32,000 bases of DNA, taken from the NCBI GenBank assembly GCA_015062805.1, contig SUTQ01000011.1:17406-49405 (forward strand), given 5' to 3'. Source of the stretch: Methanosphaera stadtmanae. GTDB lineage: Archaea; Methanobacteriota; Methanobacteria; Methanobacteriales; Methanobacteriaceae. A program made the translations under genes and the position numbers. Shown one piece after another: positions 1-9,156 of the stretch. The notes beneath the pieces were generated by a model, which did no database searches, was not told the DNA's origin, and saw only the letters and a list, made by a program, of their open reading frames with translations. The number at the start of each line of letters is the position of its first letter. Position 1 is the stretch's first letter.

Positions 1-704
1 ATGTATCTGACAACTCGTATTGTAGCATCGGAATAAGTTCTTTGGTTGATTTTCTCATTTTCTATTTCAAGGTCATATAATATAAGTAATGTTTCCAAGG
101 TTTTTAATTGATAATAAACTCTATTTGAGGTGTCTTTATTAAATTCTAATTTTTTAAATTCTTCAATAATTTCCAATATTTTTTCAGGATATTTAAATAC
201 TATATTATTTTCTTTTTTACATACATCGAACAAATGGTTGATAATTTCAACAAGGTCCAGAGAGTAACTTCTTAATTTTTTTTCGAATTGTCTTTTATTT
301 ATGATAACATGTACTATTGTCACTTTTCCAATATAACTGAATGAATAGGGGTATAACTCTTTTATATACATATGTATGTCGTTTTTTTTAACAAATATGT
401 ATTTGTCAGAACCAACTTCTAGTTGACAGTAACCATCAATGATGAAATTGATTAACAAGTTATCTTCGGGATGTTCATACTCTAATAATTCATCATTCTC
501 ATTATAGTGATCTTTTAAATTCGCATGACTAAATATTACACTTATCCCTGGAATTAGGTTATACACGTTTAATTGGATATCATATTTGTTTGGAATGTCG
601 AAGATAGTACTGTGTCCTCCGGGTATGTTTTCAAACTTAACATATGGGAAAAATTCGTCTTTGACTTTGATTTCGTCAGTAGGATATATTTTTTCTTTTT
701 TCAT
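1..704 (-). CDS. AraC-family-like transcriptional regulator, N-terminal sensor part only; the 3' end (expected HTH) runs off the left edge
   Basis: Absent from the ORF track because there is no stop in the window. Hand translation of the minus strand is open from the ATG (complement of 702-704) down to position 3. There is an in-frame TGA just upstream (complement of 714-716) and a GGAAAGGA SD-like run directly 5' of the ATG. The protein runs MKKEKIYPTDEIKV...NLLINFIIDGYCQLEVGSDKYIFVKKNDIHMY...YYQLKTLETLLILYDLEIENEKINQRTYSDATIRVVRY. That is a cupin-like beta region followed by a helical linker leading into what looks like the first HTH helix of AraC proteins. Confidence 0.45.
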   Translation of the reverse strand, partial: MKKEKIYPTDEIKVKDEFFPYVKFENIPGGHSTIFDIPNKYDIQLNVYNLIPGISVIFSHANLKDHYNENDELLEYEHPEDNLLINFIIDGYCQLEVGSDKYIFVKKNDIHMYIKELYPYSFSYIGKVTIVHVIINKRQFEKKLRSYSLDLVEIINHLFDVCKKENNIVFKYPEKILEIIEEFKKLEFNKDTSNRVYYQLKTLETLLILYDLEIENEKINQRTYSDATIRVVRY

Positions 705-855
705 TTCCTTTCCTCACATGTAATTAAGTTATTTTGTTTGAATATTTCTCTATTTGTTATTATATTAATATTTGTATACTTATAGTTTTTATTATAATTT
801 ATTAAATAATTTATTATATAATTTCTATTTTCAATATAATTAATTATATGGCGAA

Positions 856-3453
856 TTATCTAACTTTTCTCGAGTTATTACTTTTATTTTCTTTAATTTT
901 ATCGATGATTGCTTTATGCATACGTCTTATAAATTCAGCTCTTTCTTCATATTTTAAAACATCAAGATATCCTCGTGAAACTAAATTAAATGCAAAAGGG
1001 GTGGGTATTGTTGTATCAACTGTTTTAATAACTGTTTTTTGTTCTTCAATTGATTTTAATACTTCTTGTGCATGTTTTATGTCCATATAATCTTCAATAA
1101 CTTCTCTTCGTGCTTCATCTAAAATTGCAAAATGATAATCTATTTCTTTAACGAAATTTAATAATATTTTGCTAGTGACTTGTTGTCTCCCAACACTTTT
1201 TTCTCGTCCTTTGTAACGACGTAAAATCATTAATGATCTATTTGCACAATCTCTAAAACGACTGGCCAATGTTTCGGTTTTATCAATTGCTTGAATTAAA
1301 ATTTCCCGTATGTTCTCACTAGTTAATTCTTCAAAAGCTTCTGCACCACCAATTTTGGAATCACTACTTAAATAAAATCCATTATCGTCAATACTAATCA
1401 TCACGTCTCTATGATAACGTTGTGCAATGATGTATGCAACGGCTCGACTAAGCGCATCATTTACACGCCTACCATATAATGAATGGAATACAACAAACTT
1501 TCTACCTCCAAATCCAGTATAATATTCAATCAATAATTTATTTTTCGAAGGTATTTCACTGTATAAGTATTGTTCTACGAAGTAGTAATAAATTGAACTG
1601 GCTGCATATTCGTCAACATACAGGTAATCCTTGATATAAGTTATTATATCCTCTTGTGAAAGATTGGTTGATAATTTCCAATCCATTATTGCTCTAAAAT
1701 TTTGTATGGAAATACCAATATCATAAGATAAAGGTAATTGTTCTGATACCCAAGAAGGAATTGTTGGGGTGCTACCACTAGGAACAACAGTAACGGTCAT
1801 TCCTCGAGCATACTTGAATTGGTATACCTTACCGCCCAATACAAATGTATCTCCCTTATGTAAGCGTTCCATAAAATCACCATCAATGTTTCCGATTACT
1901 TGGCCATTACATTTTACTTTGGCGTGACTTCTATCAGCTATTGTTCCAACATTGGTGGAATAGAGAACTCGGGCTAATTTGCCTCTTTTTCCAAAAGTAT
2001 TGGTATCCCAATCAACCCAAATTTTTGCATATACATATCTCTGTTCTAGGGTAGAATATTCTCCAGCAAGATAACGGAGAACTTGTTCATATTCATCCCA
2101 ACTTAAATCCTTGTAAGGCATGGCTTGTTTAACCAGATGGTATATATGTTTGATATTTTGTCTTCCTTCGATAGCAATTCCATAAAGGTGTTGACTTAGA
2201 ACATCCAAACAATTATGTGGTATGTTGATACGATCTATTTTTCCTTCTATAGCATTTTTTAATATCAGACTACATTCTACCAAATCATCCCTATTAACAA
2301 CAATCATACGACCTTTTGATTTTTCATGCAATTGGTGTCCACTACGTCCAATTCTTTGTAATGCTCTAGATACGGACTTTGGAGAACTAATCAATATTAC
2401 TAAATCGATATAACCTATATCAATACCTAATTCAAGGGAAGTACTGCTCACAACAACCTTTAAATTTCCATCTTTTAGCTGATTTTCGGTTTCAAGTCTG
2501 ACTTCCTTGGATAATGAAGAATGATGTGCCATCACATTATTGGAATTATAATATTTGGGAAAATGTTGGGTTAATTTGTATGAAACACTTTCAGCACCAC
2601 TTCGTGTATTGGTAAATATTAATGTAGTTTTATGCTCTTGAATTAATTCGTGTAGCATCTTATAAAGTTCATTGGTAAGTGTTTCTTGATCTGTTTCAAT
2701 AATGTTTTCCACAGGACATAAAACTTTCATATCCAATTGTTTCAGATAATTAACATTAATTATTTCACATTCTCGTTTGGTTCCCCATGAATATCCTGTT
2801 AAAAATGATGCAACCTCATCGGGAGGACTAACTGTTGCACTTAGACCAATACGAGTAAAACCACCAGTCAATTCATTAAGTCGTTCTAAACTCAGACTAA
2901 GATGAGTTCCTCTCTTATTTTCTGCTAAAGAATGTATTTCATCGATAATCACATATCTAACGCTTTTTAACTTTTCTCTGAATTTTGGAGCAACAAGAAG
3001 AATGGATAAAGTTTCAGGAGTTGTAATTAAAATGTGTGGGGGATGCTTTAACATTTTAGAACGTTGGTATTGTGTAGTGTCTCCGGTTCTGACAGCTTGT
3101 CTAATTCCAACATCATGCCCTGCAATCTCGTTGATTCCATTTATCGGTTCTTCCAAATTTTTAAAGATGTCATTATCCAAAGCCTTAAGGGGAGAGATAT
3201 AAATACAATAAACCTTCTCTTCAAGCATATTACGTTCACTTAAACTGGTTAATCCAGATAATATTGCTAAAAATGCAGTTAAGGTTTTTCCAGATCCGGT
3301 AGGTGAAAGAATCAATATGTTTTTTCCAGCATTAATGTGTGGAATAGCTTGTCTTTGAGCATCAGTAAATGTTTCGAATTTATTTTTAAACCATTTGCTG
3401 ACATAAGGATGTAACAGGCTATGTATATGTTCATCACTATATTTGCTATTCAA
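856..3453 (-). CDS. lhr: Lhr-type superfamily-2 DExH helicase (Lhr-core-like, 865 aa)
   Basis: Helicase motifs are visible: LSPTGSGKT (motif I), VIIDEIHSL (DEIH, motif II), GLSATV (III), QRIGRSGH (VI), then a long C-terminal extension typical of Lhr-like proteins. The start is TTG (complement of 3451-3453), 10 nt after the stop of the upstream phosphoesterase gene. There is no in-frame ATG near the N-terminus. Confidence 0.85.
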   Translation of the reverse strand: MNSKYSDEHIHSLLHPYVSKWFKNKFETFTDAQRQAIPHINAGKNILILSPTGSGKTLTAFLAILSGLTSLSERNMLEEKVYCIYISPLKALDNDIFKNLEEPINGINEIAGHDVGIRQAVRTGDTTQYQRSKMLKHPPHILITTPETLSILLVAPKFREKLKSVRYVIIDEIHSLAENKRGTHLSLSLERLNELTGGFTRIGLSATVSPPDEVASFLTGYSWGTKRECEIINVNYLKQLDMKVLCPVENIIETDQETLTNELYKMLHELIQEHKTTLIFTNTRSGAESVSYKLTQHFPKYYNSNNVMAHHSSLSKEVRLETENQLKDGNLKVVVSSTSLELGIDIGYIDLVILISSPKSVSRALQRIGRSGHQLHEKSKGRMIVVNRDDLVECSLILKNAIEGKIDRINIPHNCLDVLSQHLYGIAIEGRQNIKHIYHLVKQAMPYKDLSWDEYEQVLRYLAGEYSTLEQRYVYAKIWVDWDTNTFGKRGKLARVLYSTNVGTIADRSHAKVKCNGQVIGNIDGDFMERLHKGDTFVLGGKVYQFKYARGMTVTVVPSGSTPTIPSWVSEQLPLSYDIGISIQNFRAIMDWKLSTNLSQEDIITYIKDYLYVDEYAASSIYYYFVEQYLYSEIPSKNKLLIEYYTGFGGRKFVVFHSLYGRRVNDALSRAVAYIIAQRYHRDVMISIDDNGFYLSSDSKIGGAEAFEELTSENIREILIQAIDKTETLASRFRDCANRSLMILRRYKGREKSVGRQQVTSKILLNFVKEIDYHFAILDEARREVIEDYMDIKHAQEVLKSIEEQKTVIKTVDTTIPTPFAFNLVSRGYLDVLKYEERAEFIRRMHKAIIDKIKENKSNNSRKVR

Positions 3454-3463
3454 ATTATCAACT

Positions 3464-4198
3464 CTAATAATTTTCGTATTGTTCTATTTTAAGAATATCC
3501 TTCACTAAACCGAAAGGAAATACTTCATTTTCTTCAACAGCGTATACTTCAAAATTTAAAACATCTTCAATAAAAGGTGAAATGGTTTTTTCATGTAAAA
3601 TATCTGAACCGTGGCTAATGGGAGTAAATGATGGAGTAACAATTAAATTATAATCTTTCCATTTACCTTTAAGAAACGATTTTACTTTTTCAACTCTTTC
3701 TTGATTTCGAATGCCGATACATGGATGTTCATGACCTATAATTATAGTTTCAATTTGTTCTGAAATTTCCTCTGGGATTATATGTCCGTGAGTAATTAAA
3801 TATTCTCCAAATATAATTTCATCTTCTAAAATAATATCTCTTTTATTTAGGATGTACTGTGTGAAGTTATCATGATTTCCTTTAATCACTCTGATATCTA
3901 CATAAATATCCGATAAATAATCAATAAAACTTAATACTTCTTTCCATTCTTGTTTACTAATACTTCCGAAATTATGTTTAATGTCTCCATTAAGAACAAT
4001 CTTGTGGGCATTGGCTTTCTCTTGGATAGAATTCAATGAATCCACTAATTTATCGAATTGATATTGGGGAATCATCAAGCCCTGATTATTTAAAGCAGTT
4101 TCATAACCAAAGTGTAAATCGGATATAATAAGAGTATCATCAATTTTAAGTGCTTTATTAATTATTTCAGCACCATATATTTTTGTAGATAAATCCAT
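3464..4198 (-). CDS. Calcineurin-like metallophosphoesterase (SbcD/Mre11-related MPE type)
   Basis: The full phosphoesterase motif set is in order: SDLHFG, NGDIKHN, KGNHDN, THGH, GHEHP. It sits immediately upstream of the helicase on the same strand. Confidence 0.8.
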   Translation of the reverse strand: MDLSTKIYGAEIINKALKIDDTLIISDLHFGYETALNNQGLMIPQYQFDKLVDSLNSIQEKANAHKIVLNGDIKHNFGSISKQEWKEVLSFIDYLSDIYVDIRVIKGNHDNFTQYILNKRDIILEDEIIFGEYLITHGHIIPEEISEQIETIIIGHEHPCIGIRNQERVEKVKSFLKGKWKDYNLIVTPSFTPISHGSDILHEKTISPFIEDVLNFEVYAVEENEVFPFGLVKDILKIEQYENY

Positions 4199-4340
4199 AT
4201 TATTAAATTTGTTTAAACAAATTCTTATATTATTTCAAATGATATCATAACAAGTTAATTAAATGAATAATATTATTAACAACTTTTTAATAGATATAAT
4301 ACTAAGAATATTTCATAATATTAATGAGAGGATTATTTTT

Positions 4341-4910
4341 ATGAGCGACATAGATACAATTAAGCAAAACATGGCTAATGAAGATTACGAAATTCGATTA
4401 GAAGCATGTAAAGAACTGGTGGAATTTCCAGAAGATGGTATACCATTGTTGATAGATACTTTTTCGGATGAAAATCCTCATGTTAGATTTCAAGCAGCAA
4501 AATCATTAGCAGAAATAGGAACCGATTCAATAAAACCATTAATTGCTGCATTGAATACTGATGATGCAAAAATTCAAAAGTATGTGATATTATCCTTGAA
4601 GGATATTGGTGATGATACAGTAAGTGCAGAACTTATAGAAGCCTTAAATTCTGATGATTTTGCTATAAGAAAATTTTCAGCAAAAGCTTTAGGTGAAATG
4701 GAAGTACAATCTGCAGTAGATCCAATAATTGAATTATTAAAGGATGATGATTGGGGTGTAAGAACTGCAGCAGCAAAAGCTTTAGGTGATATTGGAGATG
4801 AAAAAGCAATTGATCCTATTAAAAAAGCTCGTCGTGCAGCTACTGGTGATAAAGAATTTAAAAAAGTTGCAAACAAATCAATTAAAAAGATTGAAAAAGC
4901 AAATAAATAA
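4341..4910 (+). CDS. HEAT-repeat (PBS-lyase HEAT-like) protein
   Basis: About five tandem repeats of the type D..VR..AAKALG.IGD..A...L. I moved the start from the ORF-track 4263 to the ATG at 4341, which has GAGAGGA about 10 nt upstream. The 26-aa extension is Ile/Asn-rich and looks non-coding. Confidence 0.7.
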   Translation: MSDIDTIKQNMANEDYEIRLEACKELVEFPEDGIPLLIDTFSDENPHVRFQAAKSLAEIGTDSIKPLIAALNTDDAKIQKYVILSLKDIGDDTVSAELIEALNSDDFAIRKFSAKALGEMEVQSAVDPIIELLKDDDWGVRTAAAKALGDIGDEKAIDPIKKARRAATGDKEFKKVANKSIKKIEKANK

Positions 4911-4915
4911 TTAAT

Positions 4916-5749
4916 TTAATTTAACTCTTTTTTGAGGATAGTTTCGTAAATATCCTCCCTTTTGTTTTTTAAGATTGGAATCTGTTCGCGAACTGCACTG
5001 ATGGATTCTGGTGTGATGGTGCTGTACAATATTTCTTCTTTTTCATGTGCTTGGGTTAATATCTTTCCCCATGGATCAACAATCATTGAATGACCCCATG
5101 CAACATAGTATGGATTTTCTACTTGGCTAGGTGATGTTGCAATAACATATAACTGGTTGTCTATAGCTCTGGCACGAATTAAAGTTTCCCAATGTAATGG
5201 TCCTGTAGTTTTGTTAAATGCACCGGGTAATAAGATTACATCAGTATTGTTTTTATTCATCAATGTCCACATTTCAGTAAATCGTATATCGTAACAAATT
5301 GCAATGGATATGTTAGCAAAAGGTGTTTTTATTGTTGTTATTTTATTTCCTGGACTAAGTGTATCGGATTCAGTGAATTTCATGGTGTCTGTATCAATAT
5401 CAAACATATGCATTTTTCTATGTTTTCCGATGATTTTTCCATTGTCATCAATTAGATAAGCTGAGTTATATATTTTATCGTTTTCTAATTCTGGAATAGA
5501 ACCTGTTTGTAAATATATATTGTTTTCGTTAGCTGTTTCACACATGGTCCTTAAAGTATAACTGTTTTTCTCTTTTTCAGCGTTTTCGATAAATTTATTG
5601 TTATCGTAAGGTGTGTTAAACATTTCAGGCAATGTGATTAAGTCAACATTCTTTGATGCTTCATTAATTAATTTTGTAGCATGTTCTACATTTGTCTCTT
5701 TATCATCAACTACGGTCATTTGACAACTAGCAATATTAAATTTTTTCAT
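4916..5749 (-). CDS. Carbon-nitrogen hydrolase (nitrilase superfamily, omega-amidase/Nit-like)
   Basis: Glu-Lys-Cys triad contexts are present: LPEMFNTPY, HRKMHMFD, AICYDIRF. The start was reset to the ATG at the complement of 5747-5749, with AAGGGGA just upstream. Confidence 0.8.
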   Translation of the reverse strand: MKKFNIASCQMTVVDDKETNVEHATKLINEASKNVDLITLPEMFNTPYDNNKFIENAEKEKNSYTLRTMCETANENNIYLQTGSIPELENDKIYNSAYLIDDNGKIIGKHRKMHMFDIDTDTMKFTESDTLSPGNKITTIKTPFANISIAICYDIRFTEMWTLMNKNNTDVILLPGAFNKTTGPLHWETLIRARAIDNQLYVIATSPSQVENPYYVAWGHSMIVDPWGKILTQAHEKEEILYSTITPESISAVREQIPILKNKREDIYETILKKELN

Positions 5750-5821
5750 ATTATCCCCTTTATAAACATAATTTATATTTCTAAAGGTATACATATTACT
5801 AATTAAGAGTAAGGTGAAAAG

Positions 5822-6085
5822 ATGATAGAAGTTGAAATAGATAGAAGCAACTGTAAAGGGTGTGGAGCTTGCACAAAACCATCACAGATATTATTCTTGG
5901 ATGAGGATAATTTAGTAAATATGGAGGGTGGTTTTGTTAGTGATGATAAAGTTGAAGGATTGGTAAAATCTATATATGAAATAGAAACATCTGCAAGCAT
6001 ATGTCCTAATGATTGTTTCACATTATATGATGAAAACACAGGTGAAGAAATAGAAGTAGAACGAAATGCGTTGTTAGAGGATTGA
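5822..6085 (+). CDS. Small single-cluster ferredoxin-like protein (87 aa)
   Basis: CKGCGAC (C-x2-C-x2-C) near the N-terminus and a distal ICPNDC (Cys-Pro) fit the pattern of mono-cluster Fe-S ferredoxins. AAGGTGA lies upstream of the ATG. The antisense 106-aa ORF (5803-6123) has no such features. Confidence 0.65.
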   Translation: MIEVEIDRSNCKGCGACTKPSQILFLDEDNLVNMEGGFVSDDKVEGLVKSIYEIETSASICPNDCFTLYDENTGEEIEVERNALLED

Positions 6086-6089
6086 TACT

Positions 6090-6506
6090 TTGTTAGATTT
6101 ATTTCCTGAAGAAGACATTGCAAAATGGAAATTATTCATTTCTTATCCAAAAGATTGTGAAGATTACAATACTTTCATGTCACGTTTAGAATCAGCCACT
6201 GAAGCCTTTAAATGGGAAGATATTACAAAAATTGGCGAAACAGAATATGCTGAAGCAATAGCTGATTGTGATGCTTTAATAGTATTGTCTGGTTTGTGGG
6301 ATGATAATAAAGAAATGATTAAGGAACATATAAAATATGCTCAGTCATTTGAAAAAACGATTATAATTATCAGACCATATGGTGCGGAAGAAATACCTGA
6401 AGATTTGCAGGATGTGGCTACAAAAGTAGTTGGATGGAATACTGCATGTATTGTTGATGCAATTCTGTTGGGTATTAATGGGGAGGATTATGAATTTTTA
6501 ATGTAA
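6090..6506 (+). CDS. MTH538-family TIR-like / flavodoxin-like fold protein (DUF1863-type)
   Basis: KLFISYPKDCEDYNTFMSRLE...CDALIVLSGLWDD...KTIIIIRPYGAEEIPEDLQDVATKVVGWNTACIVDAI matches my recollection of Methanothermobacter MTH538 (LYITEG..DYRVFLERLE..ADAVIVLAGLWG..KPIITVRPYG..VP.EL....EVVGWN..CI.DAL). The start is TTG at 6090, 4 nt after the ferredoxin TGA, with GAGG at 6077-6080. The first in-frame ATG would delete the first beta strand. Confidence 0.6.
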   Translation: MLDLFPEEDIAKWKLFISYPKDCEDYNTFMSRLESATEAFKWEDITKIGETEYAEAIADCDALIVLSGLWDDNKEMIKEHIKYAQSFEKTIIIIRPYGAEEIPEDLQDVATKVVGWNTACIVDAILLGINGEDYEFLM

Positions 6507-6514
6507 TCCTCTTT

Positions 6515-7315
6515 TTAATTGAAAAAAGAGTCCAACGTAGAAACATCTTCTTTTATAAGTGTTAAAGGAGCTTCCATAGGTATAAATTCCATTTGCAATG
6601 ATTCTAATTCTTCTTTTGCATTTAATGTAATGTCTGGAGCTACAATTATTCCTCTAACAAATTCTTTATTGTCTTTAAAACAGTCCACATATCTTTTTAA
6701 TTGTTTAACCGCATTCATACCAGCTTTTCTACTTTTAAATTCTAAAATCATTAGTTTTTCTTCTGAATCAGTTCCCATTAAATCTATAAAACCATTTTCT
6801 GTCTGATATTCTCTTCTTGTAGGTCTAAAACCTTTTTCAATTAGTTCTGGTTTTTCCCATGCTAAATCAACCATATGTTTTTCATAACCTCTAATTTCCA
6901 AGTCTTTGGTGTCTAAACAATTGTAATATGTTACATTGTAGATTTCATCTAAAAACACTTTAATTTCTTCATTTGGTTTTATTTTTTTGCTTGTTAATAT
7001 GATTCCCTCTTCATTTAACGAAACCTTATTTTTACATCCGGGAGCTTGCCAGTTGACAGGATCTAAATTTAATTCTTGATGAATTGCAAATGTTCCGTCT
7101 TTTTTAATCAAAATTAACCTATCTCCTGATTCAAGTATACTGCGTGCTCTACCTTCATATTCTACATGGCATTTGGATAATATGATAATCATTGCTTTTT
7201 TATCAAATCCTTCTTGGATAATTTTGTATGCTTCTTCGTTTGTCGGATTTTCTACGCTTTTAAATTTAATCGTAATCACTTCATTTTTTATTCTATTATT
7301 AATTTTGTAAAACAA
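6515..7315 (-). CDS. nucS: Endonuclease NucS / EndoMS (mismatch-specific, RecB-like nuclease fold)
   Basis: N-terminal domain CHVEYEGRARS..GDRLILIKKDG..IHQ and C-terminal nuclease motif GFIDLMGTD...LMILEFKSRKA...QLKRY. The start is uncertain: TTG at 7315 (ORF track) or in-frame GTG at 7279. There is no in-frame ATG before the conserved region. Confidence 0.85.
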   Translation of the reverse strand: MFYKINNRIKNEVITIKFKSVENPTNEEAYKIIQEGFDKKAMIIILSKCHVEYEGRARSILESGDRLILIKKDGTFAIHQELNLDPVNWQAPGCKNKVSLNEEGIILTSKKIKPNEEIKVFLDEIYNVTYYNCLDTKDLEIRGYEKHMVDLAWEKPELIEKGFRPTRREYQTENGFIDLMGTDSEEKLMILEFKSRKAGMNAVKQLKRYVDCFKDNKEFVRGIIVAPDITLNAKEELESLQMEFIPMEAPLTLIKEDVSTLDSFFN

Positions 7316-7391
7316 AATATTTAATTTATCTAGAATATATAATTATATATCATTGTTGTATAAGAAATATAATTCATTGGAAGGTTAATTA

Positions 7392-7931
7392 ATGACATTT
7401 ATGAGTTTATTAAAAAAATTTAGTGTTATACTCGTGGCTTTGTTGGCATTGGGACTAACTAGAGTCGGAATAGGTTATTTAACAATACTTATAGCAATTG
7501 GTATTATTATGCCGTTAATATGTGGAAATAAGAAAAGTGCTATATATACAGGAGTGCTATATACCACTTTAAGTTATCTGTTAAGCTATCCTTCAAGTTT
7601 ATTTTTAATTGATTATATGCCCAGTTCGGAAATTCCAATTTCAATATCGTCAGCAACAGTATTATCCAATATATTTTTAGGGTGGATTATACCTGTAATA
7701 ATTGCTGTAGTAATATGTGGAATCTCTTCAGTAATTGGAAACATTATTAAAACGCAGTTATTGGATAAGGTTGTTGGAAAAGATGACAATGAATATTATT
7801 TTGATACATCTGACGATTTAAATCAATTTGATACAAATTCATTAAATAAAAATCAGAAAAAAGAATTATTGTACTTAACTCCTATTCAGAAGGCAAAAAA
7901 CAGAAAAAATGATGATGAAGATTATAAATAA
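7392..7931 (+). CDS. Small integral membrane protein (about 4 predicted TM segments) with an acidic/Asn-rich C-terminal tail; function unknown
   Basis: Hydrophobic stretches (VILVALLALGL, LTILIAIGIIMPLI, IFLGWIIPVIIAVVICGI). GGAAGG lies 7 nt upstream of the ATG. The stop overlaps the SD of the next gene. Confidence 0.6.
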   Translation: MTFMSLLKKFSVILVALLALGLTRVGIGYLTILIAIGIIMPLICGNKKSAIYTGVLYTTLSYLLSYPSSLFLIDYMPSSEIPISISSATVLSNIFLGWIIPVIIAVVICGISSVIGNIIKTQLLDKVVGKDDNEYYFDTSDDLNQFDTNSLNKNQKKELLYLTPIQKAKNRKNDDEDYK

Positions 7932-7941
7932 GGTGGAAAAC

Positions 7942-9156
7942 ATGATTGAAGTAATAATTGTAGGTGCAGGAACTGGGGGATTAAGTGTAGCACGAGAATT
8001 ATCTAAAAAATCTAATATAGACTTAACTATATTAGAAAAAGGGCCATTGTCCGAAGCATCGGATGCATACAAATATTATGATGTGTGGGATAAAAATGAG
8101 ATGGAACTCATAAAAACAGACCTTGTGGGTGGTTCCTCATTAGTTATTGCAGGAAATTTTGTACCTTCACTTGTAGATGAATTAAAAGAATATGATATTG
8201 ATATCACTCCTCAATTGGAACAATTAAAAGAGGAAGTAGGTATTCAAACAATGCCTGAAAGCCATGAAGGTAGGATTAATAAACTGTTAAAAGATGCTGC
8301 TATTGAATTAGGTTTGGAAATGCAGGACATGCCAAAAGGTATAGATCCTACTAAATGTAAACAATGTGGTAAGTGTGCATGGGGCTGTCCTCACGGAGCA
8401 AAATGGAGTAGTTTGGATGATTTAAAAGTAGCACAGGAAAATGGTGCAAAATTAATAACAAATGAAGGAGTCACTGGTTTAATAGTTGAAAACAACATAA
8501 TTAAGGGTGTTAAAACAAATCAAAGAAATCAATACTTTGCAGATATTGTTGTTTTGGCTGCAGGAGGAATGGTCACACCTAAACTATTAAGAACAGTTGG
8601 CATTAAGGCAGGAGAAACATTTTCTGTAGATCCATTTATCACAGTTGGAGGATACTATAAAGGGGCAAAACAGGATATGGAAATACAAATGAATAAATTC
8701 ATCAAATTGCCACACATAGTTATTTCATCACATACAAGTCAGTATTTATTACCAAAAATTCAGGAAACACATCCCGATGCTACAGTTGATGATATAATAA
8801 GTTTAATGATAAAAGTTCCGGATAATCTTAAAGGTCACGTTTATTTAAATGAAGTCCAGAAGGGTATAGACTTTGAAGATGCATCATTATTGGCAAGGGG
8901 AGCAGCCATTGCCGGAAGCATATTGGTAAAAGCAGGTGCAGATATAAAAAGTATTTCCTCAACTCATGTACGTGGGGCACATTTAATGGCATCCGCCAGG
9001 ATTGGAGATATTGTTGACAGTAATTTAGAAACAGAAATAAAAAATTTGTATGTGGCTGATGGTTCAGTACTTCCTAAAGCACCAGGTTTACCACCAATTT
9101 ATACAATACTTGCTTTATCTAGGAGATTAGGTCAATATTTAAGAGACAATCTCTAA
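7942..9156 (+). CDS. FAD-dependent oxidoreductase, short GMC-like, with an embedded ferredoxin-type Cys motif
   Basis: N-terminal IIVGAGTGGLSVAREL dinucleotide fold and C-terminal NLYVADGSVLPKAPGLPPIYTILAL (GMC C-terminal signature). Internally there is CKQCGKCAWGCPHGAKW (C-x2-C-x2-C-x3-CP). The start was reset from 7909 to the ATG at 7942, with AGGTGG at 7931-7936. Confidence 0.7.
   Translation: MIEVIIVGAGTGGLSVARELSKKSNIDLTILEKGPLSEASDAYKYYDVWDKNEMELIKTDLVGGSSLVIAGNFVPSLVDELKEYDIDITPQLEQLKEEVGIQTMPESHEGRINKLLKDAAIELGLEMQDMPKGIDPTKCKQCGKCAWGCPHGAKWSSLDDLKVAQENGAKLITNEGVTGLIVENNIIKGVKTNQRNQYFADIVVLAAGGMVTPKLLRTVGIKAGETFSVDPFITVGGYYKGAKQDMEIQMNKFIKLPHIVISSHTSQYLLPKIQETHPDATVDDIISLMIKVPDNLKGHVYLNEVQKGIDFEDASLLARGAAIAGSILVKAGADIKSISSTHVRGAHLMASARIGDIVDSNLETEIKNLYVADGSVLPKAPGLPPIYTILALSRRLGQYLRDNL

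Noticed and set aside
848-1090. 80-aa hydrophobic plus-strand ORF at the 3' end of the helicase gene; also the other listed shadow ORFs (573-785, 2222-2413, 3002-3202, 4574-4876, 6519-6806, 7875-8072, 9507-9782, 10146-10370, 11138-11377, 12160-12642, 13878-14066, 14962-16182, 19495-19827, 20844-21092, 21926-22108, 24811-24993, 25526-25723, 26104-26408, 26854-27216, 28198-28392, 30916-31448)
   Set aside because: All lie antisense to, or out of frame within, ORFs that have strong family motifs. None has a ribosome-binding site or a recognisable domain.
4263-4340. N-terminal extensions given in the ORF track (also 5750-5794, 7909-7941, 9409-9498, 25939-26019, 26477-26488, 27517-27525, 19837-19851, 16430-16438)
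   Set aside because: The internal ATGs are preceded by GGAGG/GGTG-type SD motifs and match the family N-termini. The extensions are Ile/Asn/Lys-rich, overlap neighbouring genes or promoters, and often begin at TTG/GTG picked only because it is the first possible start.
5803-6123. 106-aa minus-strand ORF covering the ferredoxin locus
   Set aside because: The plus-strand ORF has a canonical Fe-S cysteine pattern, an SD and coupling to the next gene. The antisense product has no motifs and its composition is typical of a shadow ORF.
6090-6506. TIR-like protein as part of a Thoeris-type antiviral defence system
   Set aside because: No ThsA-like effector (SIR2, Macro/SLOG, TM-type) or other defence gene lies nearby. 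The neighbours are housekeeping genes, and the protein looks like the conserved Methanobacteriales MTH538 ortholog rather than a variable island gene.
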